Source: the human T2T-CHM13v2.0 reference genome, Homo sapiens
Assembly: GCF_009914755.1 (NCBI RefSeq)
Contig: NC_060932.1
DNA length: 64,000 nt
Strand: one strand, 5' to 3'
How positions within the stretch are numbered: the stretch's first letter is position 1; every line of letters starts with the position of its first letter. The notes beneath the pieces are model-generated. The model was not told the origin of the DNA. It made no database searches and saw nothing but the letters and a program-made list of their open reading frames with translations. Positions 1 to 12,879 of the stretch are shown here, piece by piece. A program made the translations under genes and the position numbers.

Positions 1-219
1 GATTGCCTGGGCCGCCAGTCAATATGGAGCCCGGCTGTGCTGTCGGGTATTCAGGGATCCACTCTGTCCTGGAGGCGGGTGTCCAGGGGGCCTTGAACCC
101 TATGAACCCTGGGAGGATCTGGGAGGAGGGCGGCTCTGGCTGGGCCCTTGCGATCCAGGGCAGGAGGCCCAGCCGGCAGAGCGGGTGCGGGACGTGGGAC
201 CGGCGAACCGCGTACTCAC

Positions 220-324
220 GTCCAAGTAGCCATTGTGGTTCAGGAATTTGAGGAGGATCATGCAGCTGTGCACAGCCCGCTGCCGCTCATGCGCCTTCTC
301 CGACGCCAGCCAGATGTACAGGTG
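220..324 (-). CDS. MROH5: MROH5 coding exon 15 (HLYIWLASEKAHERQRAVHSCMILLKFLNHNGYLD); gene continues beyond the left edge
   Basis: Acceptor cccacag|CAC, donor GAC|GTGAGT; 105 nt; W..S...HER.RA motif characteristic of MROH HEAT repeats. Confidence 0.94.
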
Positions 325-974
325 CTGTGGGGCGGGCAGGGTCAGGGAGAGGATTCTAAGGGGCCCTCGGCCCAGGCCCCGCCCACTCGGCCCAGGCCCC
401 GCCCACCGGCTTTGACCCCCCCCCCCGCCCCCCCCCGCCCCAAGGCCCCATCCATCCTCGGCCAGGCTCTGCCTGCTGCACTTACAAAGCCATCTGGAGA
501 CTGGTACGTCAAATAGTTTTTAAGCCAAATCTGATATATGATTAGATATATAATTAGTGGCTCTGAAGTAGGATGAGGGTACATGGTATTTGGAGATTCT
601 GTGACCCAGTGGTGTCCCAGAAACACATCTGTGACTTCCCCAAGACGCGCTGGGCTCCTCTGCACTGCTCACCTTTGCCCTGCGTGCCGTCTGCCTGCTG
701 GGCCCCTCCCTTCCCTTCTCTGCCTGTGGCTGCCTTAGTCCTCAGCCGGGGCTGCGAGAAGTCCCGCTGGGCTTGACCTCTGAGCCAGAGCCAGCCTCCC
801 CTCCCTGGGCTTCCGCCTGCCCCGGGACTGTCATTGCCTGCTCTGGTCTCTCTCCTGACAAGGTGAGGAAGGGCGGGGGGGAGTGGGGGCAGCGGGTTTG
901 GGAGACCCTTCAGGGGACACTGCAGGGGAAGTTCTCTAGGAGGGGAGGGCGGGACCCTCATCAGCCCTCTTTCT

Positions 975-1280
975 TTCTTTTTTTTTTGAGACAGAGTTTC
1001 TCTCTTTTGCCCGGGCTGCAGTGAAGTGGTGAGATCTCAGCTCACTGCAACCTCCATCCCCCGGGTTCAAGCGATTCTCTTGCCTCAGCCTCCTGAGTAG
1101 CTGGGATTATAGGTGCCCACCACCATGCCTGACTAATTTTTTTTTTTTTTTTGTATTTTTAGTAGAGATGGGGTTTTACCATGTTAGCCAGGCTGGTCTC
1201 GAACTCCTGACCTCAAGTGGTCCACCCGCCTTGGCCTCCCAAAGTGTTGAGATTACAGGCGTGGGCCACTGTGCCTGGCC
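975..1280 (-). mobile_element. Alu (AluS-type) with 15-bp target-site duplication
   Basis: Reverse Alu dimer with poly-T; ATCAGCCCTCTTTCT at 960-974 and 1282-1296. Confidence 0.95.
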
Positions 1281-1499
1281 TATCAGCCCTCTTTCTACCA
1301 GGCCACCTGCTGTCTCTCCCTCCCCAGTGCCCCAAACCACTGTGATCCCTAAGTGCGGGTGGCCCTCACCCCTCCTGGTTCCTGGACCACTCGAAGCCCC
1401 CAGGTCCCGCCTTGTCTCCTCTGAGATGCCCTCCTTTGGAGTCTGGCCATAGGCTGAGGACCCCTCGGCCCCAGCCGACTGGCCTCCCTGCAGCCTCAC

Positions 1500-1595
1500 C
1501 GACAGCAGGAAATGCAGCTCGTCGGCGGTGGGGTTCTGCATGATGAGGCTTTGCAGCATGAAGTCCAGCGCCTCCATGGTCCTGCTGTACAGGCT
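1500..1595 (-). CDS. MROH5: MROH5 coding exon 14 (SLYSRTMEALDFMLQSLIMQNPTADELHFLLS)
   Basis: Acceptor ctacacag|AGC, donor TCG|GTGAGG; 96 nt. Confidence 0.94.
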
Positions 1596-3293
1596 CTGTG
1601 TAGAGACAAGGGTGGTCAGGCAGTGCCACGCCCAGGTGGACGCAGGGCTTGAGGAGCGCCTACTTCCTGCATGTGCCGGGCTGCTCACCACTGGGGCTTG
1701 CCACCATGCCTGCGAGGGGGCCGCCATGGCCCCCATTTGGCAGATGTGGGGACTGGGTGGGGAGGCCTCTGGTGATCACCCAAGGGCACAGGTATCTCAG
1801 TGGCCCGGACGAGTTCATTCCTAGCAGGGCTAGCTTCACAGGAGGGTGCCCTGAGTGGTCCCAGGGTCCCGGGCTGAAAAGGGCCCTGCACTGGGTGAAT
1901 GCTCTGGAGGTTCTTAGGTTTGAAGCAGGGGCTGGCATCTTCATTTTGCCCAGGCCCTGCCAATGATGCAGTGGGCTGAGTTCTGGGTCTTACATGCCAT
2001 GCTCCTAATCTTCACTGCTTTGCTTACTGGGCACGTTCAGGGAAGGAGAGGACCAGAGAAATGCCCCCAGCTACCCTCCCTTCAAGGGCCCACCAGGAGC
2101 AGAGCCCTGGGGCTCTGGTCACTCAGTAGGTGCCCTGGGGAGACTTACTTTGACTCTCTGAGCTTACTTTCCTCACCTGAGAATGGCATGAAGTCAGCCC
2201 CACCTGCCAGAATGGAGGCAGGCAGGGGATTGGAGTCAACAGGAACCCCAGCTCAGTGCTCCCAGCTCCCAGCGCCGGACCCCCAGACACCAGGTGGCAC
2301 TCCCTGGGTGAGCCAGCCTCAGTGTCACCGTGTCATCAGGTAACGGGGTCATTCTGAACTGTGGTGGGATTGGGGTGTGGCCAGGGGCCACCCTTCTGGA
2401 GGGCTGTGTTGCCCTGGTCCCGGGACACCTTCGTTCTCTCACCACCTCACCCTAAGTGTCTGTCTGTCTAGTTCCAGCCTGGACTCACCCTTGGGGGGTA
2501 GGGTCGGGGTTCAAACCCTGCCTCTCCCACCAGACAGCCTCATTTCTCTGAGCATTTCTTTACTCTGGGGCCGCTGCTGGGAAGGTGAGATAACTGATCT
2601 AGGGCCTGGCACCTAGCAGGGGCTCAGTTAACACTGGCTCTGGCCACAGGCCGAGGACCGCAGACACACCCGAAGCCAGGCACGGTGACTGTGCCCAGGA
2701 GCCACTCATGTACCCAGTGGTGGCCATGAGCAATGGCAGGCATCTCTCTGCAGGGGTGGCTTTTACTGAACAGAACCCAGGAAGGGGTGGGCACTGGCCA
2801 AGTGCTGAGAGCAATCCTGGAGTTCCTTCCCCCAGCCTCCTGGGGTGGCAGGGTGGGCTGGGCACGGCCTGGGCACGGCACCACCTCTGAGTAGCTGTGT
2901 GGTGAGACTGAGCCCACCCTGCAGGGAAGGTGACTCACTCCAGGTGTTGCAGGGATCCCTACAAGGTTGGGGAACTCATCTCCCCTCCTCTCCGCTTCCC
3001 TTGGGCTGCTGGGGAGCTCAGCGAAAACTCAGACCTGACCCTGCCACATAGCATGGCGGCCAAGGCCTGCAGGGCTGGGCAGCACCGGCTTGCCAGCCTC
3101 TTCCCGCTGGCTCTCAGGACTGGCAGGGAGGGAGGGAGGCCACACGCGCCACTGTTTACAGGGTGCTCCTCCACGCCACTGCTCACCCAGTGTCTCAGTT
3201 CAGTCGCCAAGTGTTAAGTACCATTGGCCCTGTTAGTATCACCCCCATTTTACAGGTGGGCAAACACACTGCAGCATATAGCACACAGCAAAC

Positions 3294-3516
3294 CTGTAGG
3301 TGCTCAGAGCAGTGAAGAACTGCCCTGGGTCCCCAGCCCTGGTGCGTCCAGCCTGCCCGCTCCCGAGCCACGGGCCACAGCTGGATGTTGGGAGGCTCCA
3401 GAAAGAGGCAGGTGTGCTTCTCCAGGGCATCCAGCAGTGGCAGGGCAAACACGCTGCGGAAGCAGGTGGACAGGAGCTGAGACTTCCTTTCCAAGTCTAT
3501 GGGAGGCCTCAGCTTG
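3294..3516 (-). CDS. MROH5: MROH5 coding exon 13 (KLRPPIDLERKSQLLSTCFRSVFALP...HCSEHLQ)
   Basis: Acceptor ccaacag|C, donor CAG|GTTTGC; 223 nt, phase 2 to 0; the last 87 nt look intron-derived (see findings). Confidence 0.85.
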
Positions 3517-3559
3517 CTGTTGGGAAGACAGAGGGCCATTAGCATGGGGCTGGGGCCTG

Positions 3560-4670
3560 GGGAGGTCCCTGAGTGGCGTCTGCCTTCATCCCTGCAGACT
3601 TCAGGCCTTCTGCTGTTCACAGAGACTCTTGTGCACACATCTGCCTCCCTGGCCCACCTGCCTCTGCAGGGCCTTGAGCTGGGGCATCCTGGCCAGGTGA
3701 TGTCCTGGTCCATCTCTCCTCTCAGTCCCTGGCTTTAAATGCCACCCTGATGCTGTCTAAGGAGCATCTCCATCTTGATGCATTCCCCCAGGGTAGCTGC
3801 ACCTGCAGCCCGCCCCATCACAGTGGACTGCAGTGCCGTCCTCCTTGTTGCTTGGGCGAAGCCTCAGCACCTTCTCCATTCTTTTCCCTCCCTTGAAAGC
3901 TGCGTCCAGCCCTCCAGCAGCTCCTGACAGCTCTACCATCACAATTTATTCGACATTTAAGGACTTCTTACTCTTAATCAGAACACTTGTTACTTTTCTC
4001 CTGGATTGTTCTAGGGAGTCCTGACTGGTCCCCCATTTTTTCTTGGAAGCTCCATCTACTCCCCACACTGGATCCAGACATTCCTTCTCAAGTGTGACTC
4101 CCCCAAGGCCCCACCTCGCTCAGGCAAGAGCCAGTGCCCTGCAGTAGCCTGGACGACCTTCCCCGTGGCTCCCGGGGCCCTCATGCATTCCAGTCCTGCC
4201 ACCCTGGCCCTCTGCGGGTCCTCCAGCAACCCTGCTGCACGCCAGCCTCGGGGCCTTTGCACCCGCTGTCCCTTCAGCTGGAAACTGCAGGGCTACTCTC
4301 TCACCCTTTCAGGTCTTTGCCCAAAAGTCCCCTTTTAGGGCCGACTAACCCAGCCTCAGGCTGTATCCTGGAGCCTAGAAGAGCTTGGGGCCAGTGGTGG
4401 GTGCCCAGTCCACCAATATTCAGTTAATCAATTCTCCTTGCAGGGTCTCCTGTAGCCCTCAACCCATGAAGATCTTACCTCCCCTCCACCTCGCTCCCCC
4501 AGCTCCATCTGCCTTCAGGCAGCAGTGTCAGCTGTCACTGAGATGTGTGGTTTGTTCATGGTCTGTCCCCATCCCCCAAGGGTCAGCTCTTGGAGAACAG
4601 GGATGTTCCCTGCTGTCCCACAGCTGGGTCCTCAGACCCCAGAATGGTGCCTGGCACACAGAATGGTGCT
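3560..4670 (+). mobile_element. Degraded L2 fragments
   Basis: L2 3'-like motifs (gggcctttgcacccgctgt, gagcctagaagag...gtgcccagt, agaatggtgcctggcaca); boundaries approximate. Confidence 0.55.
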
Positions 4671-4771
4671 CCATTTCTGACCTCTCCACCTTGCTGCCTG
4701 CCAGCTCCAAACCCAAGTGGAGAGGCTGCTGCGTGGCACTGAGGAAGCCCTGTGTGAGGCGGGGGGCCTAC

Positions 4772-4851
4772 CAGAGGCTGGACGCGATGTGCATGGCCTG
4801 CTGGCGACTCCGCGTGCACAGAGTGTCCTGGGGCTCCTTCTCCATCAAAAC
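4772..4851 (-). CDS. MROH5: MROH5 coding exon 12 (VLMEKEPQDTLCTRSRQQAMHIASSL-C)
   Basis: Acceptor cttgcag|GTT, donor CTG|GTAGGC; 80 nt, phase 0 to 2. Confidence 0.92.
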
Positions 4852-5144
4852 CTGCAAGTCCCAGGTGGCACCAAGCCGCTCAGGCCTGGCCTGTCCCCCT
4901 TCCGACGCCAGGTCTCCCCACCCTGGGAAGACCTCAGTGCCCAGCATCCCCGAGAACCGCAGGATTACGCTCTGGCCCTTCACCCGCCCAGAGAGGCCTC
5001 TGTGAGCTGCCCCACCAGGAGGGCAGAGCACCAGAGCAAAGCCACTGGAGTCAGGTTAGGACATGCCCTAGAAACCCACCCCACTCCTTCCGCAGGGAGT
5101 AAACTGAGGGAGGCTGCCCGCCTCACCCAGGGCCTGGAACACAC

Positions 5145-5267
5145 CATCAGACACTGGAGGAGCTCAGAGGTCTGGAAGAACTCGTAGCTGTGGGCGCCCT
5201 CACTCCGGCTCACCGCACCCATCAGCATCAGGGTGGCTGTGAGGAAGCTCTGCTTCAGGGTCTCGTC
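5145..5267 (-). CDS. MROH5: MROH5 coding exon 11 (DETLKQSFLTATLMLM...LLQCLM)
   Basis: Acceptor gttgcag|GAC, donor ATG|GTGTGT; 123 nt. Confidence 0.92.
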
Positions 5268-5987
5268 CTGCAACGGGGGACAGGGTCAGGGCCCAGGGCG
5301 CGGGAGTGTGCAGTGGGAGCAAGAGCGTGAGGCTGTGATCCAAGGGGCAGCAGGGTCATGGCTGAAAGGGGACAGCAGAGACCACCCACCGAGGCCGCAC
5401 CTGGGGGGCTTCTTAAGGGGTGGGGCTGCATGGTTTTAAAACTGTAATTTACAACGTTTAAACACTGGGACAGTGCCTGTAAGTCTCTTGAGATGTGGCA
5501 ACCCCATACCCCAGGGCCACAGCAGCAGCGACCCGGGGCAGCGATGTGGCTACTTTGGGGTGGGGGCAGCCCTGCGGGGCCCCTCACAGTGACCTGGGCT
5601 GGAGGCCACTGGTGTGAGGTGTGGAGTCAGGGGCTTGTCATCATAACACGATGGACGTCAGCCTGGCCTCTCCGTACCCATGTCCCCCACCCGCAAAGTG
5701 AAACCCAGGGTTTGCTTTAAGAGGAGAAGTGAGGGTAGAGGCATCATGAAGCCCAGCGAACTTTCGGTGGGATGGACGGACGAAATCTTGGGCCACCAGA
5801 AAGCTGGGCCTGGTTCCTCATTATTCCAGGGTGGGGTGGGGCATGGGGGTGGGCTCCAAGGCCCTGGGAGGTCCTGGAATTCTCTGCTCTGAGAGGCCGG
5901 TGGGGCGGCTCTGGGCTGGGGTCCGGGACTTGGTCTTGGTGGGGAGGGGCAGGTGTTGGGATGTTGCAGGGGCAGCCAGAGGCCTAC

Positions 5988-6134
5988 CCAAGAGCTGTAG
6001 TGGAAGTAGAAGACCATCCTGGACACGATGTTGTCCACCCACGGGAGGATGTGGGCCCGGGCTTTGGCTGCCACCTGGCCGTATGCCAGGAGGATGGTGC
6101 TGCTGGCCCATTTCCAGCGCAGGTCCTCCGAGTT
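5988..6134 (-). CDS. MROH5: MROH5 coding exon 10 (NSEDLRWKWASSTILLAYGQVA...YSSW)
   Basis: Acceptor ggccag|AAC, donor TGG|GTAGGC; 147 nt; STILL.YG motif. Confidence 0.93.
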
Positions 6135-6575
6135 CTGGCCCAGGGGTGGCAGGCAGGTGAGGAGTGTCAGCACCCCGCCCTACCCTCCTCTGGGGAGCTG
6201 TGGAGGTGGTTGCCTGGCTCTAGCAGGGCCCTGGGGGCAGGTGTCTGTCCTGAGGGGCAGTGAGCCTCCATCTCCTCAGTCGGAAAACAAGGGGACTAGG
6301 ACTGGCTCTTTGGGGGATGGCTGGGGCCTTGTTAGGGCCATGGTTTGGGTGGGGTGTTAGGGTGGGGTGTGTGTGGGGCGCTCGTCTCTGCTGGAGCTGG
6401 CTGGGGTCCAGGCCCCTTGCCTTCCCCTCCTTGTGGGGGCCCCTCCCACACCCACCTGAATGGGGTGGGTGAACGGGGTAGTGTCCTAGGAGTCCCCAGA
6501 GGCTGACCTTCACAGATGGTGGGGGTCTTGCTGTCCTAGACCCCTGCTGGTCTCTGAGGACCCCTGAGCCAGTAC

Positions 6576-6695
6576 CTTTGGGGAGGAGCTGGGGAGACTC
6601 CATCTGATGGGCCTGCTCCTGCCAAACTGGTCCAGGACGGCCCAGACGTCATCCAGGTGGCGTGTGGCCGCCAGCCCCAAGGTCAGAGCCATGCC
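6576..6695 (-). CDS. MROH5: MROH5 coding exon 9 (GMALTLGLAATRHLDDVWAVLDQFG...SSSPK)
   Basis: Acceptor cccacag|GGC, donor AAG|GTACTG; 120 nt; REG.A...G..A..HLD motif across exons 8 and 9. Confidence 0.94.
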
Positions 6696-7059
6696 CTGTG
6701 GGTCGGGTATCAGGGTCACTCATCAGGGGACCCCAAAGTCCAGGACCGGACCCGGCTCCTCCCCTGGCAGGAGGGAAAACTGAGGAGGAACAGGACCCCC
6801 AGAGGGGGTTGGGGCTCATCCAGGGCCCCAAGGCAGCCAGCAACCACCCCACTCTGTCAGGACCTGTGACCGAGCCCATGCCAGGGGACACCCGGCTTAT
6901 GGGGTCTGGTGGGGGGAGTGAGGGGCGTGGGGGGCAGAGGTGAATCCCTGGAGGCCCATTATCCCTCACTGCCGGCTATGAGCAGGCTGTGCCGGAGTGG
7001 CAACGAGGAGATGTGTTTAAGAAGGAGGAGGAGGGCTACGCTGCGGCTGAGATCACGGC

Positions 7060-7245
7060 TGTAACTGGGGTCAGGGGTTAGCCTGTGATCAGCGTCAAGG
7101 TTCAACTGTAGACCAAGGTCAGAACTTAGTTTGTGACCAGGGTCAGGGGTTGGGGTGAGAAGAAGGAGAAGGCTCAGGCTGTGGTCAGGATTAGGGCATG
7201 GTGTGAGACCAGCCATCAGGCTCAGCCTGTGGTCACGGTCAGGTG
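7060..7245 (-). repeat. Degenerate ~24-30-bp tandem repeat (TGTGACCAGGGTCAGGG-like)
   Basis: Recurring ggtcaggg, tgtgaccag and ggctcagg units. Confidence 0.55.
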
Positions 7246-7278
7246 GTGGTGGGGACAGGGTGGGGCCTGGGTCCTCAC

Positions 7279-7395
7279 CTCCCTCTGCTTGGGCCACTGG
7301 TGGGATGTTTCCAGGAGGGCTTGCAGGTGTCTCCTGACCGTGGCACCATTTTTTTCAGCTTGAAGGATTAGCCCATAGTAGGTAAACATGAAGGC
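7279..7395 (-). CDS. MROH5: MROH5 coding exon 8 (AFMFTYYGLILQAEK...WPKQRE)
   Basis: Acceptor cccacag|GCC, donor GAG|GTGAGG; 117 nt; EKAF.F.YYG.L motif typical of MROH proteins. Confidence 0.94.
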
Positions 7396-7709
7396 CTGTG
7401 GGAAGGGCAGCATCTTATCCTGTGCTTGACCCCCTCCAAGGTGGCCTGCCACCTCCTCTGAGCAGCTGCCCCTGACCACACTGGCTTGGCCTCCCTCGGC
7501 CCCTGCAGCCACCGCAACACCCGGCTGTGGTCTGTCCAAGCCTCTGCCTGCGGCTGCAGCGAGTGCAGCTCAAGTCCTGCTGTCCAGGCCCCACCCCTGC
7601 CTCAAGTCCACCAACTTCTTTCTAGGACCCTGGGTGTCCTATGGACAGAGCCCCTGGGGCTGTGTAGGGGGCAGGCAGGGGCTGCTCCTGGAGGCAGGGT
7701 GGGGCTCAC

Positions 7710-7817
7710 CTTCTCAGGGGACTGCTCCTGTTGGGTCCAGCTGGGCGTGGTGAGTGTCCACAGCAGCTCCTTGGACCACACATCCGTGCTCAGGAACGGG
7801 ACTGACTTGATGGCCAT
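7710..7817 (-). CDS. MROH5: MROH5 coding exon 7 (MAIKSVPFLSTDVWSKELLW...SPEK)
   Basis: Acceptor ctgacag|ATG, donor AAG|GTGAGC; 108 nt. Confidence 0.92.
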
Positions 7818-8479
7818 CTGTCAGCAGAGGGGCATGGGGGGCTGGAGCCGTCTGTCCCTCTACCTGAGAGCAGGGCCTGAGATTCTAGCTGCCCCAGCCC
7901 ACCCTGGCCACCCTGAACCCTGATTCCATCACCCCCTTGTCCCTCCCTTCTTTTGAGTCCCCAGCGCCCAGCTCTCTTCTTTGTTCTATGGTTCTCAGGG
8001 ACAGGGAACTCATTCCCGAAGATTCTTTCTGCAGAGGGGTTCAAGGTGAGGCTGGGAAACCAGGAGGCTGGAGACTGGAGTCCTGACTGTGTCCTGGGCA
8101 CCACCCAGGAGTCTCCAACATAGCAGATGATTAGTGAGTGTCAGCTGAAGGTGGCTCCTCTGCGGTGGGTGCCAGGAGGGCAGGGCCTCGTCTGGTTATT
8201 CACAGCTGGATCTCCAGCACCCTGCATGGTACCCGGCACACAGCAGATAGGCCATTAATTTTATAAATCAATAAATGAGAAATCAAATGAATGAATGAAC
8301 TGTCCCTTCAAAATATAAGGTCCTGAAAGTTCTGTTCCTAACATCACCTGATTTTATAACGATGACTGCAATATTTCTCAATTTCAAGTGTTCCCAGATT
8401 CTGTGATTCAATATTTCCAAAGTTTTTGATCCCAAGATTCTTTGGGGGTGGGTGATAACCTCCAAAATTATGATCCCAA

Positions 8480-8975
8480 ACCCAAAAACCTTAAAAGCAA
8501 AGATTGATAAATGTGAAGATAAACATTTAAAAAAGCTGGTTCAGCAAAATTACTATAAATTAAGTGGAAAGATGAAGCAAAGTTTTGTTTTATCTTTGTT
8601 GCTGCCTATTGCCAAGGGTTAACATCAGAGATCAACAACCCGCACTTTATAAATCGATAAGAAGATGACAAACAAGACACTGTAAAATGATGAAGGGATA
8701 CATACATGATGAAGACACTGTAAACTCAACCTTGCTAATACTTAAGGAATGAAAACTAATGTAATGTTTTGACTAAGATTGGCAAACAGTCAAACACTGA
8801 CTATCAGCAAGGAAGTGTCCTTTGGTGGGAGGGTGATTGGATCTGCATTTTTGGAAGGTTTTTTCAATCTCAATTAAAAGGCAATGTCAATATCAAAGTT
8901 GAAAATATACAGAATTTCCCTAAGCAACCCCATTTCTAGAAGTTTATCCTAAAGGAATACTAAATGTGTGATGCC
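8480..8975 (+). mobile_element. Old L1 (L1M/L1ME) fragment
   Basis: A-rich, with L1 ORF2/3' motifs (gcaaccccatttctagaagtttatcctaaagg). Confidence 0.55.
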
Positions 8976-9299
8976 ATGAGCATGAGGGGACATCTTGTGG
9001 GGCAGAAGACACAGGTGGGACCATTTGCATCCTCCTTGGAATTGATCCCTTGGTCCCTGGAATGGAAATCCCCCCCCCACTTATGGTAGAATCTGGAAGA
9101 GCTTGTCTGCCCAGGATAGACCTCCTCCTGGCCATTTGTAAAACACTGGGGTACAGCGGGACCTGGGGGGCTGTCTCACCCACAAAACAGGTGATGGCAG
9201 AATGTCCATGAAACCCCAGCCCCCCAGGAAGCCCTGAGGTCCCCCAGAAGGTCCCCTCCCCCAGACCTTTACTGTCTTTGTTCACTGCTGCATATAACA

Positions 9300-9665
9300 A
9301 TGCCACAGTTCCTTGTCTAAAATTCAAATTCCCAAGCTCAGAAAATTAAACATTTTTCCCCCATAGCTTTGTAGCAACCTCATTGGATAGCAGACTCTGA
9401 GCTGCACTGACGTGATGCGATTTGTGGGACCTGGTGTGACTATTTGCTTCTGATTGGATAGCAGACACTGAGCTGCACTGACGTGATGCGATTTGTGGGA
9501 CCTGGTGTGACTATTTGCTTCTGTAGCAGGGACGCCAATCTATTTCATTCTACATCTGCCCAGACCCTCCTAAGGATGTTCTTGGAATATACAGTGTGTA
9601 TATCATATTACTTTTTAAAAAATCTAAAATATTCTGAATTTTGAAGCACATCTCTTCCCCAAATT
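9300..9665. mobile_element. MER46C-like (Tigger family) DNA transposon relic with an internal 71-bp tandem duplication
   Basis: Matches the recalled MER46C consensus (ctgacgtga...ctgcccagaccc...attctgaattttgaagcacatct); duplication at 9382-9452 and 9453-9523. Confidence 0.6.
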
Positions 9666-12098
9666 TTTAATTTTTAAAGTTTTAAGTATTTAAAAAATTG
9701 AGATATTTTAACTCACAATGAAGTGCACAGATCTTTACTGTAGAGCTCATGAATCCAGCCCATGTAATTTACATCCTCTCAGGATATAGAACATTTGCCA
9801 CCACCCCAAAAAGCTCTCTCATGCCCCTTCCTGGTTAAGCTCCCTCACTACAAAACTGTTCTGATTTCCCTGCCGATGAGTTTGGCCTTTTCTAGAATTG
9901 CATGTAATTGGAAGCAGGCAGTCTGTGATCTTCTGTGTCTGGAACTTTTTCTCTCAGCATGTTTTTGAGATTCATCCATGTCGTTGCATGTGCCGCAAGT
10001 TCACTCCTCTTTTTCTATTTTAACTTTTATTATTTCATTTCCTTTGCCTGGTTCAGGTTCAACTTGATCCTTCTCTAGTTTCCTGAGACGGACACTTAGA
10101 TGATTGACTTTAGATCTTTTCAGGGGGATGTGCGGCATCCTGCCCGTCTGGGTTGTTTCCAGTTTGAGGCTAGAATGAATAAGGCTGCTATGACCATTTT
10201 TGTAGAAGTAATTTTGTGTATGGATGTTTTCACATCTCTTGAGTACAATACCGAAAAGTGGGATTGCTGAGTCATATGTTAACTTCAGAAGAAAATGTCA
10301 GTTTTCCAAAGAGGTTGCGCCATTTTCCCGTCCTGCCCTCAACGTTCTGCTGGCTCCGCGTCCTTGCCAATGTCTGTTGTGGTCCTTGTTTCACCTGTGT
10401 GCCCTTGGCAGAGACACGGAGGCGGCTCCTTGTGGTTTTAACTGAGCCTTCCCTGAGGACTAACGACGCTCATCGTTTTTTCACTTGCTTATTGGTCATT
10501 GAGATGTCTTCCTTCCTGAGGTGCGTTGTGGATTTTTTGCTCATTTAAGAAATTGACCTCTTTGTCTTTTGCTTACTGAGTTATACAAGTTCTTTATTTA
10601 TTCTGGATATAGGCTCTTTTCCAGTTTGTGAGTATTTTCTCCATGTCTGTGGCTTGCCTTTTCATTTTCTTAGCATTATCAGTTGATGAAACGTTTTAAT
10701 TTTGATGAAATCTAACATCATTTTTTAAATCTTTATGATGATTACTTTCTGAGCCCTAAGAAATATCTAGCTACCCTAAGGCTGGCAAGATTTTCTCCCA
10801 TGTTTTCTTCTAGACACTTTTGAGTTTTACCTTTTACATTTTAGCCTTTGGCTCCATCTCTAATTAATATTTGCGAATGGTTTGAACTAGGCACTAAAGT
10901 TCACTTTTTTTCTTACATATATGAAATAGTTTATAAGACTTTCCCCATTGAACTGCTTTGATATATTTTTCTTTAAAAAAATCAATCGACTGTTTACGTA
11001 TGGTTTGATATTGGATTTTCTATTCTGTTCAATTGATTTATCTGTTTAACCTATGCCAATGCTTCATGTCTTGTTTGCTGTAGCCCTATAGTAAGTCTTG
11101 AAATCAAGTAGCCAATTTCTTGCAACTTTTTTCTTTTTCATAATTGTTTTGGCTATTCTAGGTTCTTTAAAATTTCTTTATAAAAATTTATTCTATAGCT
11201 TATATTTAATCCTACAATATAGTTTTCTGAGATTGATTGGCATTGCATTCAATCTACAAATAAATTTTGGGAGAATTGACATCTTACCATTATTAAATCA
11301 TTTTGTCCACAAACATTGTATGTCTCCATTTTTTAAGGGTTGTTTTAATTTCTCTTTGCAATGCTTTGAAACAATATTGCATATATTTTGTTGCATTTAT
11401 CTTTGAGTCTTTTATATCTTTAATGCTGCTGAAAATGTCATTTTTTAAGAAAAATTTTATTTTCTAATTATTTGTTACCAGTATATAGAAGTTCAATTGA
11501 TTTTTATATATTGATCTTGTATCCTGAGATCTTGCTACATCCAACTATTAGTAATTATTAGTTCTAGTATTTTAAATATGATTCTGTAAGATTTTCTATG
11601 TATATAGTCACATGTCTACAAAAGAGATAGTTTTACTTTTTGAATTGCAATCTCTGTCTTTTTTCCCTTCTCCTTTTTCTTACCTTATTGCATTGGCTAG
11701 CAACTTCAGTGTAATGTTGAGTGGAAGTAGAGAGAAAGGACACCTTTGCTTTATTCCTGATCTTAGTGGGAAAGTGTTTGGTCTTGGATCATTAATTGTG
11801 TTAACTGTAGCTTTAGATGTCCATTGTCACATTGAGGCAGTTTCCTTCTACTCCTAGTTTGTTGAGAGCTTTTATCATGGACAGGTATTGAATTCTGTCA
11901 GATGCTTTTTCCACATGATTTTTTATAAATATGACCAAACTTTTTTTACTTTATTCTGTTAATGTGTTGAATTGCACTTATTGCTTTTCAAATGTTAAAT
12001 TGACCTTGTGTCCCTGGGATAAGCCCTCCTTGATCATGGTGTATTATCCTTTTATTCAATTTGTTAATATATTGTTAAGATTTTTGAGTCTATTTTCA

Positions 12099-12412
<314 letters not shown>

Positions 12413-12879
12413 ATTTTTGAGTCTATTTTCATAAAATATATTGGTCTTTAGTTTTCTTTCTCTTTTTGTAATGTCTTTGGGTTGTGTAGCCCTCATAAAA
12501 TGATTTAGGAAGTTATTCCTTCCTCCTCTATTTTCTTGAAAACATTTGTATAGAATTAGTACTATTTCTTTTTTAACTTTTTGATAGAATTCACAGTGAA
12601 GTGTCTGGGCTTGAAGTTTTCTTAGTGAGAATGTTTTAAATTATGATTTCAATTTATTTAATAGATATAGGACTATTCATTTTTTGTTTCTTATGTCAGT
12701 TTGGTAACGTGTTTTTTAGAGAATTTGTCTATTCAATCTAAATTATCTAATTTATTGAATATTTCATTATAATTTTTAATGTCTGAGGGATGTGTAGTGT
12801 TCCTTATTCCTTTCTGAAATTGGTATTTTGTGTTTTCTCTCTTTTTGATCAGTCTAGTGAGGGGGTTTATCAATTTACT

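Noticed and set aside
8944-9327. 127-aa ORF in a GC-richer patch among AT-rich repeats, a possible retrocopy
   Set aside because: No recognisable protein in the frames I read, and no poly-A or TSD seen; needs a BLAST search to identify
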